Assembly: GCA_036398515.1 (NCBI GenBank)
Contig: DASWPI010000080.1
Coordinates: forward strand, 9,536 to 73,535
From: Paenirhodobacter sp.
GTDB taxonomy: Bacteria > Pseudomonadota > Alphaproteobacteria > Rhodobacterales > Rhodobacteraceae
Reading direction: 5' to 3'
Length of the DNA stretch: 64,000 bases
Position numbers and translations under genes: made by a program. The notes under the pieces were generated by a model. That model made no database searches. It was given only the letters and a program-made list of their open reading frames with translations, and was not told the DNA's origin. Of the stretch, positions 42,164-56,109 are shown one piece after another; positions within the stretch are counted from its first letter, which is position 1, and each line of letters opens with the position of its first letter.

Positions 42164-43243
42164 TCAGGGATCTGCGGGCGGGCGATCATCTGCTTCCAGC
42201 CCCAGATAGAGGCGCCCCTGCAGGTAACGGTCCAGCACGGCGCGCGCAAGCACCCCGATCACCGCCGCCACCGGAACCGCGACCAGCATACCGACAAAGC
42301 CGAACACCGTGCCAAATGCCGACAGGGCGAATATCAGCCAGAGCGGATGCAGGCCGATGGAATTGCCGACCAGCTTGGGGGTGATGACATTGCCCTCGAG
42401 GAATTGGCCGATCACGAAAATCGCCACGACGATGCCGATCGAAAACCAATCCCCCCAGAATTGATACAGCGCCAGCCCGATCGACAAAGAGCCGCCGATG
42501 ATCGCCCCGACATAGGGGATAAAGGTCAGCAACCCGGCGATGGCCCCGGCGATCAGGCCGAAATTCAGCCCCGCCAGCATCAGCGAAATGGCATAGAATG
42601 TGCCCAAAATCACGCAGACCGAGACCTGTCCACGCACGAACCCCGACAATACCCGGTCAATCTCGCGTGCCAGGGCATGGATTTCATCGGCGTGATCCAG
42701 TGGCAGCCAGCTGTCGATCTTGGCCAGCATCCGGTCCCAGTCCAGCAACATGTAGAATGCCACCACCGGCACCACGACGATGAAGACGATGAAGTTCACC
42801 ACGCCCATCGCCGAGGTCAGCAGCGTTTGCGCCACCTGCCCACCCCGGGCCTTGACCGCCTCGCCGATGGAATTCAGCGTTTCATAGATGACCGAGCCGC
42901 GCTCGTTCATCGTCGGGAATTGCTGGGACAGAAAGGTCTGCAACTGTTTGGCCATGTCGGGCGCGGTCGCAACCAGCTGGGTCAACTGATGCACCAGGGT
43001 CGGCACAACGGCCAGACCCAGAATCACAAAGATCAGCGTGGCGGCGAGCGCGATGGTTGCCGTGGCCCAGACCCGCGACAGCCCCCATTTTTCCAGCCGG
43101 TCTGCCACCGGGTCCAGGAAATAGGCGATGGCGCCACCCAGCAGGAACGGCAGGATCACCGATCCCAACCCCCAGAGCGCGGCCAGAAACACAACGCCCG
43201 CGGCGCCCCAGTAAATCAGTTGCTGCTTTGCGGGCAAGGCCAT
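42164..43243 (-). CDS. AI-2E family transporter (PerM-like permease)
   Basis: 359-aa polytopic membrane protein with FIPYVGAIIG and GNVITPKLVG motifs. Confidence 0.9.
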   Translation of the reverse strand: MALPAKQQLIYWGAAGVVFLAALWGLGSVILPFLLGGAIAYFLDPVADRLEKWGLSRVWATATIALAATLIFVILGLAVVPTLVHQLTQLVATAPDMAKQLQTFLSQQFPTMNERGSVIYETLNSIGEAVKARGGQVAQTLLTSAMGVVNFIVFIVVVPVVAFYMLLDWDRMLAKIDSWLPLDHADEIHALAREIDRVLSGFVRGQVSVCVILGTFYAISLMLAGLNFGLIAGAIAGLLTFIPYVGAIIGGSLSIGLALYQFWGDWFSIGIVVAIFVIGQFLEGNVITPKLVGNSIGLHPLWLIFALSAFGTVFGFVGMLVAVPVAAVIGVLARAVLDRYLQGRLYLGLEADDRPPADP

Positions 43244-43382
43244 GTCGCACTCCGTTCGTTGCCGTCCAGATTGCCTGTTCGGCCTGCCCTTTCAAGGGCT
43301 TTCCGAAATGTCCCCGAAATGTGAGGTGAAATCCGCCTGCCCTGTGCATTCGACACCAAATGCCGTGGGGCAGGCGGGGATG

Positions 43383-44510
<1,128 letters not shown>

Positions 44511-44611
44511 TCAAACACACCGGCCCGAATGACGGGTCCTCTCCGGTGGATATGCGGTCACTTTATCGTAGCCTGTTGCCCTGTCCAGTGCGGCTTGTGC
44601 CGCAAAGTAAA

Positions 44612-44634
44612 CCCCCGGCCGATGGGGCCGGGGG
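44612..44634 (-). terminator. Rho-independent terminator after TRAP SBP paralog 2
   Basis: On the minus strand, CCCCCGGCC-CCATC-GGCCGGGGG is followed by TTTACTTT. Confidence 0.55.
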
Positions 44635-44649
44635 CATTTAACTGAGGTG

Positions 44650-47011
<2,362 letters not shown>

Positions 47012-47129
47012 TCAGCTTGCATCACAACTGTCCAGACACACAGTGGCGTAAATTTGCATTTTAGCGCAATAATCGTGCGGAAAATGCAGGCATTCGCGCA
47101 ATGCTAAGGGCGGGATGCGGCCAGCCCGC

Positions 47130-47957
47130 CTAGCCGCGCGAATCAGGTAGCTGAATCCGGGCAACTTGCTCGGCGATCGGGTCGACCGACAACGGGTGAG
47201 TTTCGGCATCATGATCCAGCGGGGTGCCGATATCCTGCCACTTGCCGCCTTTGTAGATTTCCAGCGCATTGAACCGGGCCTTGTAGCCCATCTTGCGCGA
47301 TCCGGGCACCCAGTAGCCCAGATAGACATAGGGCAGGCCGGCCTGACGCGCGATCTCGATATGGTCGAGGATCAGGTATGTGCCCAGGCTGTCCTCGCGC
47401 CGGTCGGGATCGTAAAAGCTGTAGACCATGCTCAGCCCGTCATCCAGCACGTCGGTCAGGCATACCGCCGTCAGGGCACGGGTGGTGCGCGGCGAGGTCT
47501 CGGTCTCCCGATATTCGATGACACGCGATTTGACCGGGGTTTCCTCGATCATCGCGGCGAATTCAAAGATGTCCATATCGGCCATGCCGCCATCGGCGTG
47601 CCGCTGATCCAGATAGCGGCGGAACAGGGCGAACTGTTCCTCGGTGGCCCAAGGGCTGGTGGCGGTGCGTTTCAGATGCGCGGTCCGGCGCAACACGCGG
47701 CGCTGGGTTCGGTCAGGGATGAAATCCGCAACCCGGATGCGCGCCGACAGGCAGGCCTGACAATCGGCGCAGGACGGCCGATACAGCACGTTTTGCGACC
47801 GCCGAAAGCCCTGCCGTGACAACGCATTGTTCAGTTTCTCTGCGCCATCGCCCTGTAGCGCGGTGAACAGCTTCCGTTCAGCCCGCCCGTCAAGATAGGG
47901 GCAGGTCTGCGGCGCGGTCACATAGAATTGGGGGGCAAGCGGGAGCGAATGGCGCAT
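47130..47957 (-). CDS. bpt: arginyltransferase / Asp-Glu leucyltransferase (ATE/Bpt family, N-end rule)
   Basis: 275 aa with [29 protein letters not shown] and [20 protein letters not shown]. Confidence 0.85.
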   Translation of the reverse strand: MRHSLPLAPQFYVTAPQTCPYLDGRAERKLFTALQGDGAEKLNNALSRQGFRRSQNVLYRPSCADCQACLSARIRVADFIPDRTQRRVLRRTAHLKRTATSPWATEEQFALFRRYLDQRHADGGMADMDIFEFAAMIEETPVKSRVIEYRETETSPRTTRALTAVCLTDVLDDGLSMVYSFYDPDRREDSLGTYLILDHIEIARQAGLPYVYLGYWVPGSRKMGYKARFNALEIYKGGKWQDIGTPLDHDAETHPLSVDPIAEQVARIQLPDSRG

Positions 47958-48123
47958 ATTGTCTCTGAAACGATGGGCGGTTTGCGGTCAGCAATGGGCA
48001 CTGTCAGGCGAAAGGCTATCAACATCACCCCCTTGCGCCAAGCTTTTTGCACCGCAGAAATAAGATATGCCCCACCATTAGCAAGGTGGGGCACAGAATT
48101 GCGACAGCGATATAGGTTAGATT

Positions 48124-48624
48124 TTAACGGTCGGTGCGATCTGCATCGGGGGCCGTGTCGGCGGTGTCGCGATAGGGGGCGTCGGCGGTGTCGCGATAGG
48201 GGGCGGTCGGCGCCGGGGTAGCGGCGGCCTTGGCGCGGTCCTCCATATACTGGTCGAATTCGGCCTTGTCGCGGGCCTCACGCAGGCGGATCAGGAAGCC
48301 CTCGAAATCATCCTGCTCGCGTTCCAGACGGGCGATGGTTTCGGATTTATAGGCATCAAAGGCCCGGTTGCCGGTCGGGCGCGACAGATGCAGGTTCATC
48401 CGCCCACAATTGAACCCCCCGGCCATGCGCTCGCGCCGCGCCCGCGACCGGAACCGCCCGGTGACCAGCGCAAAGGCCAGCACCAGCAGGCCCAGTGGGC
48501 CGCCAAAGGTGAAGGTTACAACCGTGGCCGCGATCCAGGAAATCGGGCCGCGTTCATCCATCCAGTTCAGCGCGCGTGTGATCCAGCCCGGACGCGGGGT
48601 GGAAGAGGTGTAGGCGTAGGACAT
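48124..48624 (-). CDS. DUF2852 domain-containing membrane protein
   Basis: Starts MSYAYTSSTPRPGW, followed by a transmembrane hairpin, then NRAFDAYKSETIARLEREQDDFEGFLIRLREARDKAEFDQYM, as I recall for DUF2852. Confidence 0.65.
   Translation of the reverse strand: MSYAYTSSTPRPGWITRALNWMDERGPISWIAATVVTFTFGGPLGLLVLAFALVTGRFRSRARRERMAGGFNCGRMNLHLSRPTGNRAFDAYKSETIARLEREQDDFEGFLIRLREARDKAEFDQYMEDRAKAAATPAPTAPYRDTADAPYRDTADTAPDADRTDR
48157..48204. repeat. perfect 24-bp tandem duplication inside the DUF2852 gene
   Basis: GTCGGCGGTGTCGCGATAGGGGGC occurs twice. The duplication is in frame and encodes APYRDTAD twice. Confidence 0.95.
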
Positions 48625-48728
48625 GTAACTCTCCGGTTTGAATGTGAATATCATTTACATGACCAGAAATGGGGAGGGTAATGGCCTGCGTCAAGGGTAA
48701 TGTGAATCATTATTACATGCGGGCTGTT

Positions 48729-49202
48729 CTAGGACGGCTGGACGAATTCCGCCGGTATGGCACCGGTAATCCGCAGCAGATCGGTCGGGGCAATGGCAAA
48801 GATATGGCGCGGCGTGCCAGCGGCGGCCCAGATCGTGGGGAAATCGTTCAGACGCGGGTCGAAATAGCTGCGCACCGGATGCAGATGCCCGACGGGCGAC
48901 ACCCCTCCGATGGCAAAGCCGGTCTCGGACCGCACCAGATCGGCATCGGCCTTGTCCAGGGGTTCACCCGCGACCGCACTGGCGCGCGCCGCATCGACAC
49001 GATTACCGCCTGCGGTCAGAAACAACACGACCCGGCCCGATTGCACGCCACGAAACAGGATCGACTTGGCGATCTGGTCCAGCTGGCACCCTGCCGCCGC
49101 GGCGGCTTCTGCGGCGGTGCGGGCCTGATCGACCGCGCGGATATCGACGGTCACGCCCGCCAGTTCCAGCGCCGTCTGGACCCGCTTCAGCGATTTGCTC
49201 AT
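48729..49202 (-). CDS. YbaK/EbsC family aminoacyl-tRNA deacylase
   Basis: 157 aa starting MSKSLKRVQTALELAGV, with KSILFR and GFAIGGVSPVGH. Confidence 0.8.
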   Translation of the reverse strand: MSKSLKRVQTALELAGVTVDIRAVDQARTAAEAAAAAGCQLDQIAKSILFRGVQSGRVVLFLTAGGNRVDAARASAVAGEPLDKADADLVRSETGFAIGGVSPVGHLHPVRSYFDPRLNDFPTIWAAAGTPRHIFAIAPTDLLRITGAIPAEFVQPS

Positions 49203-49291
49203 CCCCGCCCCCGGTTTTGGGTTTTCCCACATTGGATTTGCCGCATCGGGGCGGGGTTGAAAACCCCCTGTGCCACGGGCATCGTGCCATC

Positions 49292-52078
49292 ATGATATTC
49301 GCCAGTGCCCTGACCCGCTCGCCCATTCCGTATGAACCAGGCCTTGGGGCCGGTGTCGCCGCGCTTTACACGGATCTGCCGCCCGAAGTGCGGCAATTGA
49401 TCGTGGGGGCGGCGGGCTGTTCGCCTTATCTTGCGACCTTGCTGGAACGTGATCGCGATTGGGTGGCCGAGGCATTGGCGGGGGACCCGGATGACGCGCT
49501 GCGCGCCGAGTTGGCACGGATCGACGCCCTGATGCCCGAGGATCTGGGCGCGGAATTGCGGCGTGCGAAACGGCGCATCGCGGCGTTGACCGGGCTGGCG
49601 GATCTGGGCGGGGTCTGGACGCTGGAACAGGTGACCGGGGCCTTGACGCAACTGGCCGATCATGCGGTGGACCGGGCCATTCGCGCGGGCGTGGCCGAGG
49701 AAATCCGGCGCGGCAAACTACCCGGCGCGACGCCCGATGATCTGGAAACGGCGGGCGGCATGGTGGCGCTGGCGATGGGCAAGATGGGCGCCGCAGAATT
49801 GAACTATTCTTCGGATATCGACCTGATCTGTCTGTACGACGAAACCCGCTATGACCCGGCGGACAGGCTCGGGGCGCGCACCGCCTTTGTCCGGGTGACC
49901 CGCAAGCTCACCGCGCTGCTGTCGGAACACACCGCGCAGGGCTATGTTTTCCGCACCGATCTGCGGTTGCGGCCCGATGCCTCGGTCACGCCGGTCTGTA
50001 TTTCGATGGCCTCCGCCGAGCTGTATTATGAGGCCGAGGGCCGGTCATGGGAACGTGCCGCCTATATCAAGGCGCGGCCGTGTGGGGGCGATATCGCGGC
50101 GGGGCAGCGGTTTTTAACGGCGCTGACGCCGTTCGTCTGGCGCAGGCATCTGGATTTCGCCGCGATTCAGGATGTGCATGACATGCGTTTGCGCATCCGT
50201 GATCACAAGGGGCTGAACGGGCCGCTGGAAATTCCGGGCCACAACATGAAGCTGGGTCAAGGCGGTATCCGCGAGATCGAATTTTTCACCCAGACCCGGC
50301 AGTTGATCGCGGGCGGGCGCGACCCGGACCTGCGGGATGGCACCACGGTGGGTGGGCTGCGCCTGTTGGCGCAAAAGGGCTGGGTGCCCACGCCCGTGGC
50401 GGAAGAACTGATCGGCCATTACCGGGCCCACCGGGAGGTCGAGCATCGGGTGCAGATGGTGAACGATGCGCAGACGCATCTGTTGCCGGTCACGCCCGAG
50501 GGGCTGGATCGCATCGCCCGGATGATGGGCGAAGCCGATACCGGCCGCTGGACACGTGCGTTGCGCGAACGGCTGGACCGGGTCGAGGCCCTGACCGGTG
50601 ATTTCTTTGCCCCGCCCGATGCCGGTGAATGTGCCGGACGCCCGGATCTGACCGATGCCGCCGAAGCGATTATCGAGGGGTGGCGCAGCTACCCGGCGCT
50701 GCGCTCGGAACGCGCGCAGGCGATATTTGGGCGGATCGAACCCGAGATCCTGCGCCGAATGGAACGCGCGGCGAATACGGAAGAGGCGCTGTTGCGGTTC
50801 GATCTGTTCCTCAAGGGGCTGCCTGCCGGGGTGCAACTGTTCTCGCTGTTTGCCTCGAACCCGCAATTGATTGATCTGATTGTGGATATCTGCGCGACGG
50901 CACCGGGTCTGGCGGGCTATCTGTCGCGCAATGCCGGGGTGCTGGATGCGGTTCTGGGCGGATCGTTCTTTGCCGCCTGGCCCGATACCATGACGCTTGC
51001 CGCCCATTTCAACGCCGCCCTGGCGGTTGAGGCGGATTACGAGGGGCGCCTGAACGCCGCGCGGCGCTGGGCCAAGGAATGCTGGTTCCGCGTTGGCGTG
51101 CATCACTTGCGTGGGCTCGTCGATGCGGCCGAGGCGGCGCGGCAGTATGCCGATATCGCAGCGGTCGCGGTTGCGGGGTTGTGGCCGGATGTGGTCGCGG
51201 AATTTGCCCGCAAGCATGGCCCGCAGCCGGGGCGTGGGGCGGCTGTGGTGGCGATGGGGTCCTTGGGGGCGGAACGGTTGAACGCGGCCTCGGATCTGGA
51301 TCTGATCGTGATCTACGATGCGCAGGGGGCCGAGACATCGGATGGGCCCAAGCCATTGCCTACGCGTCAATATTTCGCGCGGCTGACGCAGGCGATGATC
51401 ACCGCGATTAGCGCGCCCATGCCCGAGGGGCGGTTGTATGAGGTCGATATGCGGCTGCGTCCCTCGGGCCGGCAGGGGCCGGTGGCAACCTCGCTGGACA
51501 GTTTTTACAGCTATCAGATGGAAGAGGCCTGGACCTGGGAACATCTGGCGCTGACGCGGGCGCGGCCTTTGGCGGGGGATGCGACGTTGCGGGCCGATAT
51601 CGAGGCGGCGCGGTTGCAAATCCTGGCGGCCAAGGGCGGCGGGGCCGGGGTGATGTCCGATCTGGCCGAGATGCGGGCGCGGATTTTTGCGGCCAAGGCG
51701 CCCGATGGGGCGTGGGAGGCCAAGATCGGCCCCGGCCGTTTGCAGGATCTGGAACTGCTGGCGCAAAGCTTTGCGTTGCGGCTGGCGGCCCCGGCGCACC
51801 GGGTCGAGGCGCAGTTGCGCGCCGGGCCGCGTGGCGGGTTCATCACCCGCGCCGAGGCCGATACGCTGGGCGCGGCCTACCGGTTCCTGTGGCGGTTGCA
51901 GGCGGGCGGGCGGCTGTTGACGGAACGGCCGCTGGACATGCTGGCGATCGGCGAAGGCGGGCGGGTGTTTTTGCTGCGTGAGGCGGGGGTGGACAGCCTG
52001 CAGGCCCTGGCTGAGCAGTTGAACCAGACGACCGCCGCCGTGGCGGCGATCATCGAACGGGCGCTGGTCGAGACCTGA
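49292..52078 (+). CDS. glnE: bifunctional glutamine synthetase adenylyltransferase / adenylyl-removing enzyme
   Basis: 928 aa with two nucleotidyltransferase halves (MGKMGAAELNYSSDIDLI and MGSLGAERLNAASDLDLIVIYD). Confidence 0.95.
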   Translation: MIFASALTRSPIPYEPGLGAGVAALYTDLPPEVRQLIVGAAGCSPYLATLLERDRDWVAEALAGDPDDALRAELARIDALMPEDLGAELRRAKRRIAALTGLADLGGVWTLEQVTGALTQLADHAVDRAIRAGVAEEIRRGKLPGATPDDLETAGGMVALAMGKMGAAELNYSSDIDLICLYDETRYDPADRLGARTAFVRVTRKLTALLSEHTAQGYVFRTDLRLRPDASVTPVCISMASAELYYEAEGRSWERAAYIKARPCGGDIAAGQRFLTALTPFVWRRHLDFAAIQDVHDMRLRIRDHKGLNGPLEIPGHNMKLGQGGIREIEFFTQTRQLIAGGRDPDLRDGTTVGGLRLLAQKGWVPTPVAEELIGHYRAHREVEHRVQMVNDAQTHLLPVTPEGLDRIARMMGEADTGRWTRALRERLDRVEALTGDFFAPPDAGECAGRPDLTDAAEAIIEGWRSYPALRSERAQAIFGRIEPEILRRMERAANTEEALLRFDLFLKGLPAGVQLFSLFASNPQLIDLIVDICATAPGLAGYLSRNAGVLDAVLGGSFFAAWPDTMTLAAHFNAALAVEADYEGRLNAARRWAKECWFRVGVHHLRGLVDAAEAARQYADIAAVAVAGLWPDVVAEFARKHGPQPGRGAAVVAMGSLGAERLNAASDLDLIVIYDAQGAETSDGPKPLPTRQYFARLTQAMITAISAPMPEGRLYEVDMRLRPSGRQGPVATSLDSFYSYQMEEAWTWEHLALTRARPLAGDATLRADIEAARLQILAAKGGGAGVMSDLAEMRARIFAAKAPDGAWEAKIGPGRLQDLELLAQSFALRLAAPAHRVEAQLRAGPRGGFITRAEADTLGAAYRFLWRLQAGGRLLTERPLDMLAIGEGGRVFLLREAGVDSLQALAEQLNQTTAAVAAIIERALVET

Positions 52079-52103
52079 GCACGGTCGTATTCGTGCAGGG
52101 TGT

Positions 52104-52745
52104 TCAGCGTGGCAGGGCGGCGGCCTCACGCGCCAGGGCGGTGATCCCCGCCCAATCGCCCGATTGCACCATCGCATCGGGGGCAACCCAGCTGCCCCCG
52201 GCGCAAAGCACGTTGGGCAGGCGCAGATACTCGGGGGCGTTTTGCAGGCTGACGCCGCCGGTCGGGCAGAAGCTGACCTGTGGCAGCGGGCCGCCAAGCG
52301 CCTTGATCGCCGCCGCGCCGCCCGATGTGCCCGCCGGGAAGAATTTCAGCACCCGATAGCCCCATTCCATCGCCTGCATCACCTCGGACGCGGTGACGCA
52401 GCCGGGCAGCAGTGGCAGATCCGCATCCTGACAGGCCTTGACCAGCGTTTCGGTCAACCCCGGCGAGACGCCGAATTTGGCGCCCGCGGCCTTGGCCGCC
52501 TTGACATCGGCGGGGGTCAGCAGCGTGCCCGCACCAACCGTGCCGCCCGCGACATGCGCCATCGCGCGGATCGCATCCAGCGCGCAGGCGGTGCGCAAGG
52601 TGACTTCGAGGGCGGGCAACCCGCCCGCGACCAGAGCCTGCGCCAGTGGCACGGCATGGGCGGCCTCCTTGACCACGATCACCGGGATGATCGGAGCCAG
52701 GGCACAGATTTTACGGGCGGCATCGGATTGTTCGGCGGGGGTCAT
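52104..52745 (-). CDS. eda: 2-dehydro-3-deoxy-phosphogluconate (KDPG) aldolase
   Basis: 213 aa with [20 protein letters not shown] (Schiff-base Lys) and FCPTGGV. Confidence 0.9.
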   Translation of the reverse strand: MTPAEQSDAARKICALAPIIPVIVVKEAAHAVPLAQALVAGGLPALEVTLRTACALDAIRAMAHVAGGTVGAGTLLTPADVKAAKAAGAKFGVSPGLTETLVKACQDADLPLLPGCVTASEVMQAMEWGYRVLKFFPAGTSGGAAAIKALGGPLPQVSFCPTGGVSLQNAPEYLRLPNVLCAGGSWVAPDAMVQSGDWAGITALAREAAALPR

Positions 52746-52761
52746 GGCAGGCTCCTACAGG

Positions 52762-54591
52762 TCAGACGACGACGGCGGCGCCGTCGGTGGCGGGCCCGAC
52801 ATTACGCCGGAACGCCGCAAACAATTCGCGCCCGATGCCGTGCTGGTTCTTTGACAGATCGGCGGTTACCGGGGTGCGGGTGGCAAAATCGGGTGCCAGA
52901 CAGGTCAGTTCGCCCTTCTCCGCGTCCAGCCGCACGATGTCACCATCCCGCAGCCGTGCCAGCGGCCCGCCAACGGCGGCCTCGGGGCTGACATGGATCG
53001 CGGCGGGCACCTTGCCCGAGGCACCGGACATCCGGCCATCGGTGACCAGCGCTACCCGCAGCCCGCGCCCCAGCAGCACCGACAATGTGGGCGTCAATGA
53101 GTGCAATTCCGGCATGCCGTTGGCCTGCGGCCCCTGAAAGCGCACGACGACCACGGTGTCAGAGGTGAATTCGTCACGCTTGAAGGCGGCCTTGACCTCT
53201 TCCTGATCGGCAAAGACCCGCACCGGTGCCTCGATCACGTGATATTCGGGCGCAACGGCCGAGATCTTGATCACCCCCCGGCCCAGATTGCCGTTCAACT
53301 GTTTCAGCCCGCCTTGCGGTTGGAACGGATTGGCGGCGGGGCGCAGGATTTTGTCGTTCTGGCTGTCTTCGGGGGCCTCGACCCAGGTCAGATGGCCGTC
53401 GATCAGCTTGGGTTCGGTGACATAAGCGGCCAGCCCGTCGCCCGCCACGGTCTTGGCGTCGGCATTCAGCAGGCCCGCGCCCAGCAACTCGCGGATCAGA
53501 AACTGCATGCCGCCGGCCGCGTGGAAATGGTTCACATCCGCCAGACCGTTCGGATAGACCTTGGCCATCAACGGCACGATCGACGAGATGTCGTCGAAAT
53601 CCTCGATGTCCAGAATGACCCCGGCGGCGCGCGCCATGGCGGGCAGATGCAGGACCAGATTGGTCGAGCCACCGGTGGCCATCAACCCGACGATACCGTT
53701 GACAAAGGCGCGCTCGTCCAGAATCTCCCCGGCCGGGCGGAAATCATTGCCAAGCGCGGTGATTTCCGCCGCGCGTCGCGCCGCCTGTTCGGTCAGCGCA
53801 TCGCGCAGCGGCGTGTTCGGGTTGATGAAACTGGCACCCGGCAGGTGCAGACCCATGATTTCCATCAGCATCTGGTTGGAGTTCGCCGTGCCGTAAAAGG
53901 TGCAGGTGCCGGGGCCGTGATATGAGGCCATTTCGGCGGCCATCAGCTTGTCGCGCCCTATCTCGCCCGCGGCGTATTGGTTGCGGACCTTGGCCTTTTC
54001 GTCGTTCGGCAGGCCCGAGGTCATCGGTCCGGCGGGCACGAAAATCGCCGGAATATGGCCGAAGGTGGCCGCCGCGATGATCAGGCCGGGCACGATCTTG
54101 TCGCAGACCCCCAGATACAACGAGGCATCGAAGCAGTTGTGCGACAACGCCACACCCGCCGACAAGGCGATGACATCGCGTGAAAACAGCGACAGTTCCA
54201 TCCCGGTCTGGCCCTGGGTGACGCCATCACACATGGCGGGCACACCGCCCGCGACCTGCGCGGTGGCACCGACGCCATGCAGGGCGGCCTTGATCCGGTT
54301 CGGAAAGGTTTCAAATGGTTGGTGCGCCGACAGCATATCGTTATAGGCGGTGACGATGCCGATATTCGGCACGCGCCCCTCGGCCAGCAGGGATTTCTGC
54401 TCGCCCATCGCGGCATAGGCGTGGGCCTGATTGCCGCAGGCCAGATGGGCGCGGACGGTGCCTTTGGCGACGGCCTCATGCATCTGGGCCAGATATTCGG
54501 CGCGACGGGTTTTTGATCGTTCCCGGATCCGATCCGTCACACGGGCGATCGTGGCATTGGTGGGGGCTGAGATCACGGTCATGGCTTCCAT
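52762..54591 (-). CDS. edd: phosphogluconate dehydratase
   Basis: 609 aa of the IlvD/Edd family ([30 protein letters not shown]). It lies upstream of eda. Confidence 0.95.
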   Translation of the reverse strand: MEAMTVISAPTNATIARVTDRIRERSKTRRAEYLAQMHEAVAKGTVRAHLACGNQAHAYAAMGEQKSLLAEGRVPNIGIVTAYNDMLSAHQPFETFPNRIKAALHGVGATAQVAGGVPAMCDGVTQGQTGMELSLFSRDVIALSAGVALSHNCFDASLYLGVCDKIVPGLIIAAATFGHIPAIFVPAGPMTSGLPNDEKAKVRNQYAAGEIGRDKLMAAEMASYHGPGTCTFYGTANSNQMLMEIMGLHLPGASFINPNTPLRDALTEQAARRAAEITALGNDFRPAGEILDERAFVNGIVGLMATGGSTNLVLHLPAMARAAGVILDIEDFDDISSIVPLMAKVYPNGLADVNHFHAAGGMQFLIRELLGAGLLNADAKTVAGDGLAAYVTEPKLIDGHLTWVEAPEDSQNDKILRPAANPFQPQGGLKQLNGNLGRGVIKISAVAPEYHVIEAPVRVFADQEEVKAAFKRDEFTSDTVVVVRFQGPQANGMPELHSLTPTLSVLLGRGLRVALVTDGRMSGASGKVPAAIHVSPEAAVGGPLARLRDGDIVRLDAEKGELTCLAPDFATRTPVTADLSKNQHGIGRELFAAFRRNVGPATDGAAVVV

Positions 54592-54670
54592 CCGGTCGGC
54601 TGCGGTCAGGGGCGCGGTGCCGCATGGTCCCGCAGGGCGGGGCGCAAGGGGCGCTGGCCTTCATGTAATA

Positions 54671-54684
54671 TGTTAGCGCTAACA
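54671..54684. promoter_or_regulatory. candidate LacI-family operator upstream of edd
   Basis: Perfect 14-bp palindrome TGTTAGCGCTAACA about 80 nt upstream of the edd start. A second copy lies upstream of zwf. Confidence 0.5.
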
Positions 54685-54876
54685 AGTCAATTGCAAGCAC
54701 ATACCTATACTGCGCCTGTCACGCAGCGGCACAAGCGGATTTCTGCACCCAGACCGCGAACCACCCGTCAAACCATGTAAACGGGGCGATTTGACCGGTT
54801 GCGGGGTGCGCAGCGTCTTTCCTTGCCGGTGGCCCCGCGCTAGAGCGGAAGAAACCGCCAGAACCCGGAGCCCGAG

Positions 54877-56109
54877 ATGTCCGACACCGATCTTTCCGCC
54901 ACGCTGCCCGTGCCAGAGCCTATCGGGCGTCCCGTTGTGCGGCTGCGTCCCAAGGCCGAGGCCCGCGCGATCCGGCACGGCTTCCCCTGGGTCTATGCGG
55001 ATGAGCTGGTCACCGACCGGCGCACGCAGGCGATGGCGCCGGGCACGCTGGCCGTGCTGGAGGATGCCGAGCGTCGCCCGATGGCGACGGTTACGGTGAA
55101 CCCGAAATCCAAGATCATCGCCCGCGTGCTGGATCGCAACCCCGAGGCGGTGATCGACCGTGACTGGATCGCGGCCCGCATTGCCCATGCGTTGGAATTG
55201 CGGACGCGGCTGTTCGAGCAGCCGTTCTACCGCTTGATCCACGCCGAGGCCGATGGTCTGCCCGGTGTGATCATCGACCGCTTCGGGGATACGGCGGTGA
55301 TTCAACCCAACGCCGCCTGGTCCGAGGTGATGATTGCCGATCTGACCGCCGCCCTGGTGGCGGTGACGGGGGTGGCGACGGTGATCAAGAATGGCTCGGG
55401 CCGGTCACGCGGGCTGGAAGGGTTGATCGAAGAGACCGTGGTGCTGCAAGGCGCGGTCGCGGGGCCGATTGCCGTCTCGATGAACGGTGCGGTCTATATG
55501 GCCGATGTTCTGGGCGGACAGAAGACCGGGTTGTTCTTTGACCAGCGGCCGAACCATGCCTTTGCGGCGCGTCTGGCCAGGGGCGCGCGGGTGCTGGATG
55601 TGTTTTCGCATGTGGGGGGCTTTGCGCTGGCCTGTCTGGCGGGGGGCGCAACGGCGGCTGTGGCGGTTGATGCGTCGGTGCCGGCGCTGAACCTGGCGGA
55701 ACAGGGAGCGGCGGCGATGGGGGCGGCGGAGCAGTTTGCGACGCGTCAGGGCGATGCCTTTGCCACGCTTGAGGCGCTGGCGGCCGAGGGCGAGAGGTTC
55801 GATCTGGTGATCTGCGATCCGCCCGCCTTCGCGCCGAACAAACAGGCGTTGGAGGCGGGGCTGCGCGCCTATGAACGGATTGCCAAGCTGGCCGCGCCCT
55901 TGGTGGCGCCCGGTGGCTATCTGGCGGTGTGTTCGTGTTCGCATGCGGCCGATCTGGTGCAGTTCCGGGCGGCATCTGCGCGCGGTATCGGCAAGGCGGG
56001 GCGGCGGTCGCAATTGCTGCACACCGGTTCGGCGGGGCCGGATCATCCGATGCTGCCGCAACTGGCCGAGTCGGGCTATCTGAAAGCCCTGTTCTTTCGG
56101 TTGGATTGA
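54877..56109 (+). CDS. class I SAM-dependent RNA methyltransferase (RlmI/RlmK-like, PUA + MTase)
   Basis: 410 aa with YRLIHAEADGLPGVIIDRFG, VLDVFSHVGGFAL (SAM motif I) and LVICDPPAFAP (motif IV). Confidence 0.85.
   Translation: MSDTDLSATLPVPEPIGRPVVRLRPKAEARAIRHGFPWVYADELVTDRRTQAMAPGTLAVLEDAERRPMATVTVNPKSKIIARVLDRNPEAVIDRDWIAARIAHALELRTRLFEQPFYRLIHAEADGLPGVIIDRFGDTAVIQPNAAWSEVMIADLTAALVAVTGVATVIKNGSGRSRGLEGLIEETVVLQGAVAGPIAVSMNGAVYMADVLGGQKTGLFFDQRPNHAFAARLARGARVLDVFSHVGGFALACLAGGATAAVAVDASVPALNLAEQGAAAMGAAEQFATRQGDAFATLEALAAEGERFDLVICDPPAFAPNKQALEAGLRAYERIAKLAAPLVAPGGYLAVCSCSHAADLVQFRAASARGIGKAGRRSQLLHTGSAGPDHPMLPQLAESGYLKALFFRLD

Noticed and set aside
41807-43324. 505-aa plus-strand ORF across hda and the AI-2E permease
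   Set aside because: It spans two well-supported minus-strand genes and their intergenic gap, and it is low-complexity (R/H/Q/P-rich).
50114-52297. 727-aa minus-strand ORF opposite glnE
   Set aside because: Shadow ORF. The glnE frame has duplicated nucleotidyltransferase motifs.
55929-56108. Upstream extension of the PIN ORF overlapping the methyltransferase 3' end
   Set aside because: The out-of-frame overlap with a well-supported CDS is unlikely to be coding. The TGATG junction at 56107-56111 gives a typical coupled start.
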